Made by a program: the position numbers and the translations under genes. The notes beneath the pieces were generated by a model. That model had not been told where the DNA came from. It searched no databases and saw nothing but the letters and a program-made list of their open reading frames with translations. A stretch of DNA of 64,000 nt, from positions 11,235,656 through 11,299,655 of the forward strand of contig CM082583.2 in assembly GCA_040954595.2 (NCBI GenBank), read 5' to 3'. Below, piece by piece: positions 12,803 to 34,400 of this stretch. Numbering within the stretch: the first letter of the stretch is position 1; each line of letters begins with the position of its first letter. This DNA is from Balanoglossus misakiensis. Its lineage: Eukaryota > Animalia > Hemichordata.

Positions 12803-13799
12803 TGGATCGGACAGAATAAGCAAATTGCACAACCCACCGCGTTAACGCCTTGTGGCCGGGCAACTGTCGCCTGGACTTTGCGAGTGAACAGAAATTGCTG
12901 CAGCTGATTTACATCAGAATTGTTGCCGGGTAATTAGTAGAGTGCTCGTCGCGTAAAGTTTACATGAAATGTCAGAAGATAAAATTCATTACATGTATCT
13001 GTAACTTTTGGTTATTGCTTTGGTATTATTGATATTTTTGCCAGCCCTGAGCTACGGTTTCTTGTTTTCGAAATCGAATGCTCGAGGCCCGAGGCCACCT
13101 GTAGATGTACATGTAATGTTATTGGTTGCTAATTGAATTTCTGGCTTCTGGCTGTCATTACTCCTTTTTACATATACAATACACAGGATGTGTTGACAAG
13201 CAGCAAATTGGGCATTTAGGCCTGGTATGTTGGAAAGCCTGGTTTGGGAAGTAATTAGCATATGGGGAGCGGATTAGCATGGCAAGGGAGCAGAACAAGA
13301 AACTGCATGCTGAACATAAATACCGAGAGAGAGAAAAAAAGGTTCAGTTTAGGCTTGAATCATCCCAATTTACCACTACGGTTAAAACCTGTCCATAGTG
13401 GCCGGCCAACAGTATAAGAAGAAATTTGAAATAGAAATTGTAAAGAAGACACTGTAAAGAATTAGACTTATGTCACGACAAAATAAAAAACCTGACACGG
13501 ACATTGTATCCGGCTATCTCTGCCGTGTTCGCGCTGGAAATGCCCTCACAAAGCCTAAAAGTTATTTTGGGGATCTGATTTGCAAGTACATGCATCTATC
13601 GCCGAACCAGCACATTTCTAACACAGTGACATCAAGATCAGCATTCACACACGACAGAACTGTGACTAAGACAATTAACTGTAACTCAATTTCAATAACC
13701 GGTAGATTATTTATCATTCGCATGTATTATTTATAAACAGTCCCTAAGTGACAACATCTTCCTTAGACGTTATCCTAACAGTGAAACGGCCATTTATAT

Positions 13800-16700
13800 C
13801 TATAATTTCACTTTTCTGTTGATAATCTTCTGGTAGAGGTTTTCGTCTAGAGGCACATATGTTTTGCTGTCTGTATCCATGAATAATAGTGGCTCCGTGA
13901 TAGATTTGGGGTCAAATCCTTCTTTTATAAGCTCTGTCTTGGTGTGTTTGTACGTACTGGTCGTGGCCATTTCTTCTTGGACTCTAAGAAACCGTGGGCA
14001 TGCGTAGTTTGGGAGACAGGAAGTGACGTGGTTGAATAATTCCTTGTTGTCAAGGGTTGCGTTTTCCCTGAGAGTTATGGCGGCCATTCCTGCCCGTCCA
14101 TCATTATTTCCTAAAATAGAACACAGGGCTTATTACTGATCGGTCCACACGTATGTTTTAATTATTAATTCAAAATAAGCTTAAGACAAGACGCGGCAGA
14201 ATATCCAACTGAAAGTCATGGGACGGCGTCACCAACCTGTAACTTCAACGCCATATACATTTGCTTCGAAGACTGCTGGGAAATCTCCGAGGACGTGGGA
14301 AACTTCAGTTGTGGCCACATTTTCGCCTTTCCATCTGTGAAAACAAAGAGGATATTTCATGTGAAAAGATAGACCTTCCCTGGAAGGGTAATGCACACTG
14401 TGGATATGTTGTCCTGCTTTAATATCACGCATGCCAAAAGCTCAAAGAACATGTGCCAACCGGCCCATATGTGTCACAGCGCGCACATTTACACGCACGT
14501 GTGTCCTAGCGACTACTATTACCACTATACAAAGAAACTAAAAGTAACATTCACACTATCCCTTTATGGCACAGTGTTTTGAGACTTTGAAAACCCAACC
14601 CAGCCCAGATTCGCGTTCTGTTTATTGGTATACACAAGAAAGTACGACATGCCTGAATGTATCACCGACTCGGTCGTTGAAATACAAGTAGTAATCTTTG
14701 CTCAGAGTAATGATATCCCCCGAGTTGAAGTACCGGTCGCCTTCTTTGAAGACGTTCATCAGAATCTTCTTTTGTGTGTGTTCTTTCTTCCCGGCGTAAC
14801 CATCAAATATGGCAGTCGTGTCAATACGAACGATCAGCAACCCTGGTTGGCCTGAGGTTGAAATATGGGAATCCATGAGTTGATAGGCGATACTGCTAAC
14901 TGAAAAGTTGACGCCGCCAAAAAAGGTTATTTCCCGTGGGCAATACAACTTGAACCTTTTCGATACTATGGTTTGTCGATATTGACTGTGTCCTGTGGTA
15001 AAATGAACCTCAGTATTAAATGGAACTGTGTCCCTTTGTGTATTTTGAACTCGAGTTTCATATTAAGCTCTCTCATATTAGTGACGTCATTCTTACCCAT
15101 GGGAACTTTAATGCATCTGCCTTTCCCGTCTCTGATTGGTTCAGCAGTCTCATAATCGCATTCAATCAGATCGAACGGTCTGGCCAGCTGTAATTCAAGA
15201 CAGGGAGAATAATGTATTCAGTCAACTTCTGTTTTTAAAAAAGGACGATGACATGAAGGGTACCAAAAGTTGACGAAATTGCATCTCATTAAAGGCAATA
15301 CCTTGTTTGTCTACATGTCTCCCTTACAACTCGGTGAACTTACTTTAATAATTGGCGAAACGCGTCCAACGGCACCAACTTTCCCGTAACAGTTCCTGAA
15401 AAACATGTTTCCCTCCGTGGCGCCGTAGAACTCTCCTATGACCGGTATGTTGAAGCGTTCTTTGAAGGCTGTCCATACATCCGGGCGGAGACCGTTCCCC
15501 ACAGCCATGCGCACGTTGTGTCGATTCTCGTCGGGATGCTGCGCAATATGGAAGATGAAGTCATAATCGCATCGGAGATAACTGGTGCATCAAAAGTCTT
15601 GGCACATAACCGGAAAAGGCTCAGAATATCCTTATCTACCAGGGGTTAGGAGATCTTGTTAACACACGTCTACAATTGGTTTTAAGTAATCAACACTGAC
15701 CAATGGGCATTACCTGTGGCGTTGCTAGGAGATAACGACACACTTCGCCGATGTACATCACCACGGTGGCGTTGAACTTGCAGCAGTCTTCCCAGAAATG
15801 ACTGGCCGAAAATTTCGTTCGGAGAGCCACCGTTGCACCTGAAGGAATGAAAAGAAAACACCTCAGAAGATTTATATTCTCTGCAACAGAAAAGGGGCTA
15901 GAAAAAAGAAACCTTGTGTGGTGGCATTGATTTCCAACGTAAAATGCAAACTGTCAAATCCTTACCTCGTTGAAGAGAGCTTATAAAACAAACCAGGAAG
16001 GCCGAGCTGTGATACAAAGGGAGTGACGTGTACATGACGTCATCAGAAGTGATGTTGAAAAGGTCCAGGATGTGCAGAGATATATTCAGACGTTTATAAG
16101 TTATTCTAGCTGGTTTGGGAAGGCCTGTGGATATAATTAATGTTGTTTCAAGTCAGTTATGCTTACATCCTTACTGTGTCCCATTTCTACTTCATATGAT
16201 TCTACACTTAATCAGTTGATTGATTGGTCGATTGATTGATTGATTTTTCTGTTAAGATGAGAAAGGGTAAGCTTCCAATCACACAGTTCCAACTATAAAT
16301 TACCTGTTGTGCCAGACGTGAAGATATATACGCATGTGTCTCCAAAGGCAACGTCTTTTCGTAAATCGCGCGGTATGGCCTCGTCCGACTGATTCTTCAC
16401 CTCCTCATCTATCCAGCGCAGCGAATTGTGAGGCTTTGTTGTTGGTGGCGCTCCTTCCACCCATACCTTCACACCTCTGCTATCAAGCTCAGCCAACAGG
16501 TCTTTCACTCCGTCAAGCAACTCTGGTGCTAAGAATAAAACGCAAATTTGATATCGTTAATATGCTGAGTTTCAGACACTAAACTCGGTCCGTGTTTGCC
16601 CGGCGACCCACATTTTTTATTCTCAATTCTGAGAGAGAGTAGTCTAAACCTGTTGTCTTTTATTTTCGAGATGCATACTCGTTGAAATATTTTGGGAAAA

Positions 16701-18225
16701 CTGCAAACGAATAAAATGTGTGCAAAAATACCACTAAAATGGCCGCTGTTTTAAAGTAGTGGTTTTTATGCTACCCAGAGGTTTTCTTTGGTTTCAAAAA
16801 GACTCCTCCTGATAACCTGTTTCCCAATGCGCATATCAACATGTGATAGACTTCAAAACTTACGTAACTAAGCATTCAACTTACCTTTGCCAACAATAAC
16901 AGCCTTCGCTTCACTCACTGTTATCACGGTTACTAGAAGAAGACGGTTAGGAAACTCTATTGTTCGGAAGGTGTGAACGAGGTGTTAGCTAGGAGAGTAC
17001 ATGTCCGAACCGCTATGTGGGGTTGTATTGGGGAACGTGTTAATTTTTGAACCCCTTCATCTGCCCTTTTTCGTCAGAGTACAGCGCCACTTTTTTTTTG
17101 TACGAGTTCCATATAGGCTTATGGAGTGCACGGTCATAGTCTGTTGGGCTTGCGACACTCTACCATTGTTTCTTGGGTGGTTAACTAAAAGTCCGGACTC
17201 AAATAGCGTCGAATTTTGAACCCTCAGAATTCAACCCTGATGGTCGCATTTCTGTTTTTTTTAATATATTTAGATATTTTACACCTTTTTGTATTGCATG
17301 GGCTATTTCGTTTATTCCAATTGGAATATTTCGTTGAGATTGCATACCCATTTCGATACAGTCGTTAACATTATCGATATAGCCTTTGGCGGCCATCTTG
17401 TTTGTTTTGGTTCGCATCGAATCTCTAGGGCACAGTCAAGACAAAGAATGTATGGCTTCATCATGTCCTTGAAAGTTCAAAATTGTCATAAATGTGCTGT
17501 GACTTTATAAATTATCCACTCTCTGTTCTGTTTTCCTCAAATCTGGTGGTATACATACTGTGCGTGCAAGCAATTCCGTAAACATGAGTATGGTTTGCTT
17601 TGGATTGTAGGGGTAATGACGTCATTTTGACCGAGCGGTCAGTTATTCTGTCTGTTTATTCGTATGGCCAGGCTCGTTAGCACCTGATATCTTTCGTTTA
17701 CACTAAGTGTTTACCGAGGCGAGCATCTAACAATGGAGAAAAAATAGTTTCCTAACCGTCTTCTTCTAGTAACCGTGCTGTTATGCAATGAAGAAGGGAC
17801 TTCGACCGCAAGTGGTAGTTCAAGAAAGCGCATTTTATCCCAAGCTTGGCAAATCCAAGCCACGTCCAAATGAAAGCGGGCTCATTTTGCATGAACATTG
17901 CTATCGTGTCGCCACATTTCAGACCACTTGTCTCGCAGATGAAACGAGCAAACTTGTTCGACAGGTGGTCGACGTCTGCGAATGTTAGCGTCTCGTCTCG
18001 GAACAGCAGAAACGGTTTGTTTGTAAACTTCGGGTTATTCCGAATCGATAAGAATACATCCACGATGGTGTGCTCTCTGCGAACTCGGCCTCGGATCCCC
18101 CTGAGAGCTCGAACGCCGAGCGCAATTTCTGGGATGTCTCGGTGGAAGTAGGGATAGCTATATATTGCATAGCATAGCGCGGCCAAAAGCCCGGCTAATA
18201 CAGCGACCACGATCTCTAGTATCAT
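13800..18225 (-). CDS. SLC27A2: Very-long-chain acyl-CoA synthetase / fatty acid transport protein (SLC27 family, SLC27A2/6-like); exon 1 is interrupted by a MITE
   Basis: N-terminal TM segment, AMP-binding motif YIFTSGTTG|LPK split across an intron, EFYGATEG, and FATP signature YFNSGD...[11 protein letters not shown]|[12 protein letters not shown]-terminus KVKL. Exon 1 reads LLHCIT|[11 protein letters not shown] once the 16925-17777 insertion and one TSD copy are removed. Paralogue assignment is approximate. Confidence 0.93.
16925..17777. mobile_element. Non-autonomous DNA transposon (MITE), 853 bp, with perfect 32-bp TIRs and a 7-bp TSD (CTGTTAT)
   Basis: CACGGTTACTAGAAGAAGACGGTTAGGAAACT at 16925-16956 and its exact reverse complement at 17746-17777. 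CTGTTAT is duplicated at 16918-16924 and 17778-17784. No transposase ORF inside. Confidence 0.95.
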
Positions 18226-20538
18226 TATGGCGTTTAACCGCGGGCTAAGTCTGGTCTTGTCAACGGAGAGCGTTGGTTTGCTTTTTTATGGTAGCTCAGC
18301 CAGGTGATACCTGGGCTCTGTAACCTTTAACCCGAGGTACGTTAGTTTGTTGACCCAAAGACAGAAGAAAAAAACAGTAGTGGTAGACCGTAACGATGGT
18401 GACGCGTGTCCCATGAAAGTGTCATCTCTAGTAACCTCTTTGTAAAGACACACAATTAACAAAAATATATTTAAAGGGGGAAAATTTGCATCTATAATAA
18501 CACAAGTGGCAAAGGGGTGGCACTGGCCTATAGAAGGCGTGGCCATATGTTATCTATAACATGTATATTTCGGTCACGGGTATGAGAAAACACTGATAAG
18601 AACTACAGTTGCTGTACACCGCAAACGTGAAATAAACATACATACACCTATAGACATATAGTCTTGGACAAAATACTAGTATGTAGCTGATTTGGACAAA
18701 CAGGCGCAAAGATTACACTGTAATCAGCTTCAAGGGTTAAACCTTAAAGAGTAGGGGAAAATGCAACACACTCTGGGTACTGACTCAGGCTAAAGAAAAA
18801 CAGTTTAATTTCCTTAAAGGTAATCAGATGATGAAGAACTTATCAAACATTACAATTGGCAATCCTTAAGAAAATATGGTTTACCACATAATTTTTTAGC
18901 TACATGTATACAGTAGATAGGTGTTACCAGCACAAGACGCCTGTTTCTTTTTTACACAATGAATAGAATAAAACAATATACACAGGGAACTTTTTTCTTG
19001 TGTCTCCACTAAAACTGACCTACAGATTTTCTTCTTGTTTTGTTTTTGGTGGAAACAAAATGTAAATATTCACAATGCAACCTGCAAAACACATGAATAA
19101 GTGACTATTTGTTTTCAAATTTTCTCTGGGTCTTCCGACAACATATTGCAAAAATACCGTGGGCCCACAGAGACACACATAAATATATAGTGCATGGTTC
19201 CCATATGAAAGACCAGATCACTACATCACCCATACATGTCTCACTTCCTGCAACTAAATTCAAACACATGACTTCAAGTTCTATATCCCTGTCTGGCTGA
19301 GAGGAAACAAAAATCTGAAAAAAGTGCCAAAGTAAATGCAAACCAGGTGCCAGGAGATTTTTGTTTTCTTAAACATCATCATTATAAAACTGGACGAGAT
19401 ATACATTCCCTAAAGTTTTGTGAAATATCATACATCATTAAATTGAGTATTTACTATAATTACACCACTGTTTCTACTTCTTAAAAGTACTAGTGCCATT
19501 CCAAACACATACTATATTCACTAAAGGGGGAAACAATATACACTGTAAACATTATTTTAGCAGATTATGAAATCATATCTGATTAATTAATAACCCTGTC
19601 ATTCTCTTTTATTCCAGTTTCAGTTTTTTTTTTCTGCAAACAGTGCTAAAATATCCACCAGAAAGTAATATCACTGGTTAGAATTAAAATTTCAACTTAC
19701 AATTAATGGTATCACTGCGCTGCTACAAAACGATGACTTCATCTGTGATTTGGTCAACATTACTAATAAAACACATCAAGACTGTCAAGGGAGTTTTGGG
19801 GAGGTTACTGCTAAATACAATTTATGACATAGGTATTGGTGGGTCCAAGACGTTTACTTCAATAGTTTGGTGTCAGTGTAAAAAGTTTACAAAAATACCC
19901 TGAAAATCTGAAGTACACATTGTGTAACTGTAAGTGAATACAGTAGATACTGTACCAGTGAGATAGGTACCCAAGACATGTCTCCTACATTCTGGATTTC
20001 TTACCATCTCTAGAAGTGGGCGCTGGGTAACATGACTTTGACAATATTAACCATTTTTTAAATAAACTCTCCCCTTCATTTCATTGACCAAAGTAGCAAA
20101 TCCAAGATATTGGCAGTCTCAATGCAGAAGCTCAATTATGTGTATTACAAATCTACTTATTTGAAGTCCACCCTACAGTGTAACGCAAAGGGTATTATCT
20201 TTGGAAAGCGATAGTCAGAAACATATTGAGGCATTGCACTATTAAGATATACATTTATCATACAAAGAAGATTTACAGTAACAATGATGACCACTAGAAA
20301 CCCCACTCCTTTTTCCTCTTTGACTTGATCACCCCAGCTTTTTTTGTATTTCAAATATGTGACAAATAATTTAATCCCAAAATTTGATTTACACTATGAA
20401 ACAAATTTGTTAAAATATGCTATCTCAGGCAAAAGCTTTTCCTTCCCCCATGCCGTGGAGTGGTCAAATATTATAAAATATTCTAAAAAAAAAATTCCGA
20501 GTAGGTATGTTCAGTCTTGTGCAAGTCTAGTAAATGGC

Positions 20539-25713
<5,175 letters not shown>

Positions 25714-25990
25714 ACTGAGTCTTGTTTGAATATTAGTACGCACGCAAACAGTCCGTTTCCAGCGCCAGTCTGCTTTCGAACGACCTTACCCAGTGAAAGT
25801 CTGTGTTATGTATCGTGCGTGTGAAGCTCTTACGTCATGCAGTTTCTATGCGCAGAAATAAAATAGCAGACAAAGAAGACAACCGAATAGGAGTCAGCCT
25901 TCACGGCAACGATCGTATGCAATAGATTTTGTGCAAACAAAGCGCGTACGTCCTGCCTCCGATCACCTTCGACGTTTTTTTCTGCCTAGG
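25714..25990. promoter_or_regulatory. Probable bidirectional promoter between CLPX and POLR3G/GL
   Basis: The genes are head-to-head and the segment is CpG-rich. It has an ATF/CRE-like TTACGTCA (~25829), with an ETS CCGGAAGT (~25558) and a YY1-like CGCCATCTT (~26013) just outside. Candidate non-coding POLR3G exon donor AG|GTACGA at ~25989. Confidence 0.55.
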
Positions 25991-26468
25991 TACGACTTAC
26001 ACAACAGCGAATCGCCATCTTGAAATGGAGTTTCCCCACAACAAAGGTCACAGGGTGTCACCTCTTTCCGTAGAAGACCTGCGAACAAAACCACAAATAC
26101 AAAGGAAAATCCAGTATTGAGTTTGTTTCAGTAAAATTATTAATATCACCTCAAAAATGCTGTTTTCAAAGTTAATTGTTTAGAAATACTGGATACATTT
26201 TTACCTGGTGAATGATGCGCACAAACTTTGTTGAACGAGGATTTCCGTGCTGCTGCACCCGCATGATAAATAGAATCATCCGTGATGAATATTCACTATG
26301 TTCACGCTCGATGTCCGTGTCGTGAAAATGACGACATAGGGTCAATTTCGTGTACCATATCAAAGCATGCTAGCACCAAAACAACAGTACAGTACATGCA
26401 CCATGAAAATTTGTTTGTATTGGTACTTTTAGAGAAAGGCCTTGCATTAGCCAAAAGCCTGTGATCAC

Positions 26469-28247
26469 ATGGCTGGACGTGGTCGTGGCAGGGGGCGCGG
26501 GGCATTAGCTGTAGCAGCAGAAACCCTCGGCATTGGAAGAGGAGATTTACCCCCACCAACGCTAGAGCCCCCTCCACTTTTTCCTGTGAGTGGTGCTACA
26601 AACTACTGATTTGTTATCTACAGGGCGACCCAGAGGACACAAAACTATAGACCAGACTTTGGTGACCGGTCACGGTGACATAAAGTTGACCGATCAGTGA
26701 ACTTCCTGCAAAATATAATTCACCACCACACCATATCCGAGAGTCAAAGATATACATTTGATTTTCATTCTGTTGCATAGCAACGTGATCAGAACTCTGG
26801 ACTCTTTTCCTAATAATGCTTTCCTTTTTCCCATATACAGCCCCTTGAGTTCAAACCTGTACCCTTGTTGATGGGTGAAGAGTACGATTACATGCTGGCA
26901 TTGAAACAGGAATTCAGAGGAACAATCAGAGAGTCACCATACTTTATCAAACCAGCTAACCGAAGGAATGGTGAGATACATATTTTGGCACCTTGACATA
27001 CTGAATGCTGGGTATATTAGTGCGATGTAGGCATTAAAGCAATAAACTATAGCTGATGCACAGGAAAACAATAGTGAAAAGGTTTTCAATGGTTACAGCT
27101 ACTTTCTCTTTAATAATTTAACTGCAGATATTGATAGATATTCTGACAAATACCAGACCAATGGCGTTCAAGATAACACAATTGGGTTCTGTCCTGACTG
27201 GAGAATGATGCCTCAAGAGCTGAAGATCAGATCCCAAAGACCTGTCAAATCAAGTAAGTTCCAAACTTTTCCATACAGCAGTATCTTTCTGGGCAACTTC
27301 ACTGATCTAGTCACATGTAGTAAATCCTGTGATTAACACAATAATAATGTGTTTCTCTGTTTTGTCTAGGAGCAGGGAACAAACCAAACTTGTCAGCACG
27401 AGGCTCAAAGCAATCCAAAACAATATCTGATGAAGTTATCAAGAAAAAACTAGAGGTGGGTGAGCAGATGAAAGTTTATATAATGTAATGATGGAAACAT
27501 CCAACTTCCAGTGATCCAAGTCAGTGCCAATGTACCCTTCAACATATTTTTCTTCAGCAACCTATGAGTATTAAGTTAAAGGCCCATGGGCTACCTTTTT
27601 ACGCATTTCTCATTTTCAAGCAAAATGTCAGTCTTTTAAACCAAACTACCATTTTAGCAATCTAATCTGTGCCAGTGATGGTATATCCACATTCAAATTT
27701 AAATTCTAAGGTCAATAGGAACAGCGCCCTCAGCATTACATGTGAGCATGGCTTTCTTTTATACGGTGTACATATGTTCCTGCCATCTCATGACTTGTTC
27801 TTTCACTGTCCACCTTTTTTATTTGGATCACTGAATCTACGAAACTAAAACAGCTCAGCTGACAATTTCTTCTCTGTAATGTGAATAGAATTTGGAGCAG
27901 AAAGAATCAACAAAAGAGAGTGGTGGAGGAGACAAGGTTGGAGAGGAGGAGGAGGAGGAAGAGGATCAAGAAGTTGAAGATGACTATTACGATGAAGAGG
28001 ATCTTGAAGAGGTGATATACACCTTAGATCACTTAGTACTTGCCACATTGTATGATCACACATTGTTAGTATATTAGGGACATTAGCTGTAATTTGTGCT
28101 ATTTCATCACTGCAGTGCATGGCTGAGACAATGACCACTTTTTCATAATCTCCACAGGGTACTGACTACAACATGACATACTTTGATAATGGTGAAGATT
28201 TTGGACTGGATGAAGATGACAACTTAGACGATGGTCCAGTCTATTAA
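26469..28247 (+). CDS. POLR3GL: RNA polymerase III subunit RPC7/RPC32 (POLR3G/POLR3GL)
   Basis: Missed by the ORF track. Spliced translation MAGRGRGRGRG...PPPLFP|PLEFKPVPL...YMLALKQEFR...SPYFI...|DIDRYSDKYQ...PDWRMMPQEL, then an acidic tail ending GTDYNMTYFDNGEDFGLDEDDNLDDGPVY*. AATAAA at ~28355. Confidence 0.93.
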
Positions 28248-28920
28248 TTGTTAGAAAGCTGCCTCAAAAGTAACATACATGTGCAACAGTCTTTTGGCAT
28301 TTATATGCAAACCATGATGTATGTTGTTTTATTCAGTGACTCACTTCAAGGTTTAATAAATACTTTTTTTTGTCAAAGAAATAATGTCTTGTTTGACCTT
28401 GTGTATGTGGAAAGTTGATCTCTCTAGTGCTTTAGCAAGAAGTTGTCACTAATGAAAAATCGCCATCACATCTACTTCGCATTGAGATTTTTTTGTCACT
28501 GTCCCAGTATTTTCTTCCTTGCTTTATAGAAAATGAATCGGAATTCACATATGACCTGGCCCATCACCCTTTCAACTTTTACAGGCAACATTTTTACCAG
28601 ATTAAACCCAGCTATGGTCCAAGACTTAAGGGTCCAGTTGGTTTTGTGCAACTGTTATTCTGGAATCTTCATTAAAAAAGACAACACAAGTTGTGCATGT
28701 ACATCAAAGTTTCATTGATTTTATTTGCAAGAACTGTTGCAACGTGTGGCATGATTACATTTTTTTCTGATTTGGCATTTTGCACATGAATGTGCTCATG
28801 CAAAACAACTTGAAAAAGATTTTTTTGCATGTTATATTTGCACTTTGTCCATGTTATGTTCAAGGCAAGTACTGTCTATATAATACAGTGACAAGAGTTG
28901 TTGTTTTTAGGGGGAGTTGT

Positions 28921-30970
<2,050 letters not shown>

Positions 30971-31102
30971 TTTCGGTTATTTGGTTATAAAGGCGGGGAA
31001 ATCGGTGCAAAAATTGAGAATTTGCAAAGCACAAATGCTCACTATCGGACTGGTTTGTGTCGCTAGTGAGATTCGAATGACGATTGTCCGTTACAAACCG
31101 GG

Positions 31103-31155
31103 TATTTATAGCTGATCGCACGACGTTGCCATGATGGGATCTCGCCATTGTGGTC
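31103..31155 (-). promoter_or_regulatory. TATA box and adjacent conserved elements of alpha-tubulin copy 1
   Basis: TATAAATA on the minus strand at 31103-31110, followed by GTTGCCATG and CGCCATTGTG. The same arrangement occurs at copy 2. Confidence 0.65.
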
Positions 31156-32193
31156 ATGGGTGTGTCGGGTTACAGTGGATTGAGGGACTGTGGTCGGGTA
31201 CAACAATATTTATGCCAGATGGGGACAACACCAAATTGGGTATTAATACCGAACATGTGAAATAATGGTTTCTCTAGAACACTAGTTTACCAACAAAACA
31301 TATATACTTTTGACCCCCAAAGTCTGATGAATTACACGGGCTAATGTCGTGGGCCAGTCTTACCCCATGTCCAAATGAAATTGTTAATGTCCACGGTTGG
31401 CGGAAATTTCCTAACTGCGAAGTCTGAGTCATGCACATACAGTCAGGTTTGAACCAGTTTGGGCTTGCAAACACAGGCTAACAGCGACGCCCCCAGGGCC
31501 TGGGCAGAATAAACAGGGGGAGGGGGTTGCAAACATTTTTTTTCATGTAGGCGTTTAGGATAGGTTCACTAAATATTATGTGCAAGTACAGTATGTAGGG
31601 TTTGTGCAAGGCCATTTTCAATCTGATAAAATATGGGTAATGACCCAATTTTAAACCCATGCCAACTTTCAACTTGGATTTTACCCATAAACAACAAACA
31701 ATATCTTTACGGTCACCTATGCAAATTTAGCTACAGTTACCATGGCAAATTGCGATCTACCCAATCACAGATTTTCAGTGGGTGGTATACGGGAAAAAAG
31801 AGCGCCACCATATGTTCTTTAGAACACTCAAATACACCATTTCACCGTATTTAAATTGGAGGTGACTGTTTACCTCTCCCTCCTTATTTGAATGGTTCTT
31901 TGACAAAAAAGACATAACACAAGTTATACTTCATATATTTAGAGACTTTATTTTTTAGTACTGCTCTAATGTGTGACTTTATTACAATTTTTTCTTCTAA
32001 TTTTGCATTTTGCACAGGAATGTGCTCATGCAAAACATCTACATGTTCAAGATTTTTACATGTAATATTTGCACTTTGTCAATGTTATGTTCAAGTCTGG
32101 TAGAGTCTATATACAGAAAGGAGCATTAAGCAGATTTATTGTGTTGGATGCATTTGGTTTGTTGATGTTGTTTTTTTATTTGGGGGCAGGGAT

Positions 32194-34225
<2,032 letters not shown>

Positions 34226-34348
34226 TTTCGGTTATGAAGGCGGGGGATGCGGTGCAAAATTAGAGAATTCGCAAAGCACAAATGCTCACAATCGGACTGA
34301 ATTGGGTCGCTAGTGAGATTCGAATGATGATGGTTCGTTACAAACGAG

Positions 34349-34400
34349 TATATATAGGCAGCCGTTGCTATAGTTATGGATTGCGCCATTGTGATTATGG
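34349..34400 (-). promoter_or_regulatory. TATA box and adjacent conserved elements of alpha-tubulin copy 2
   Basis: TATATATA at 34349-34356, GTTGCTATAG at 34364 and CGCCATTGTG, all positionally homologous to copy 1. Confidence 0.65.

Noticed and set aside
16925-16956. TIR starting CACGGT resembles the RSS heptamer of RAG/Transib transposons
   Set aside because: The TSD is 7 bp rather than 5 bp, there is no convincing nonamer, and no RAG-like ORF.
17199-17510. Short ORFs inside the MITE
   Set aside because: No transposase or THAP motifs are recognisable, and the lengths are at chance level.
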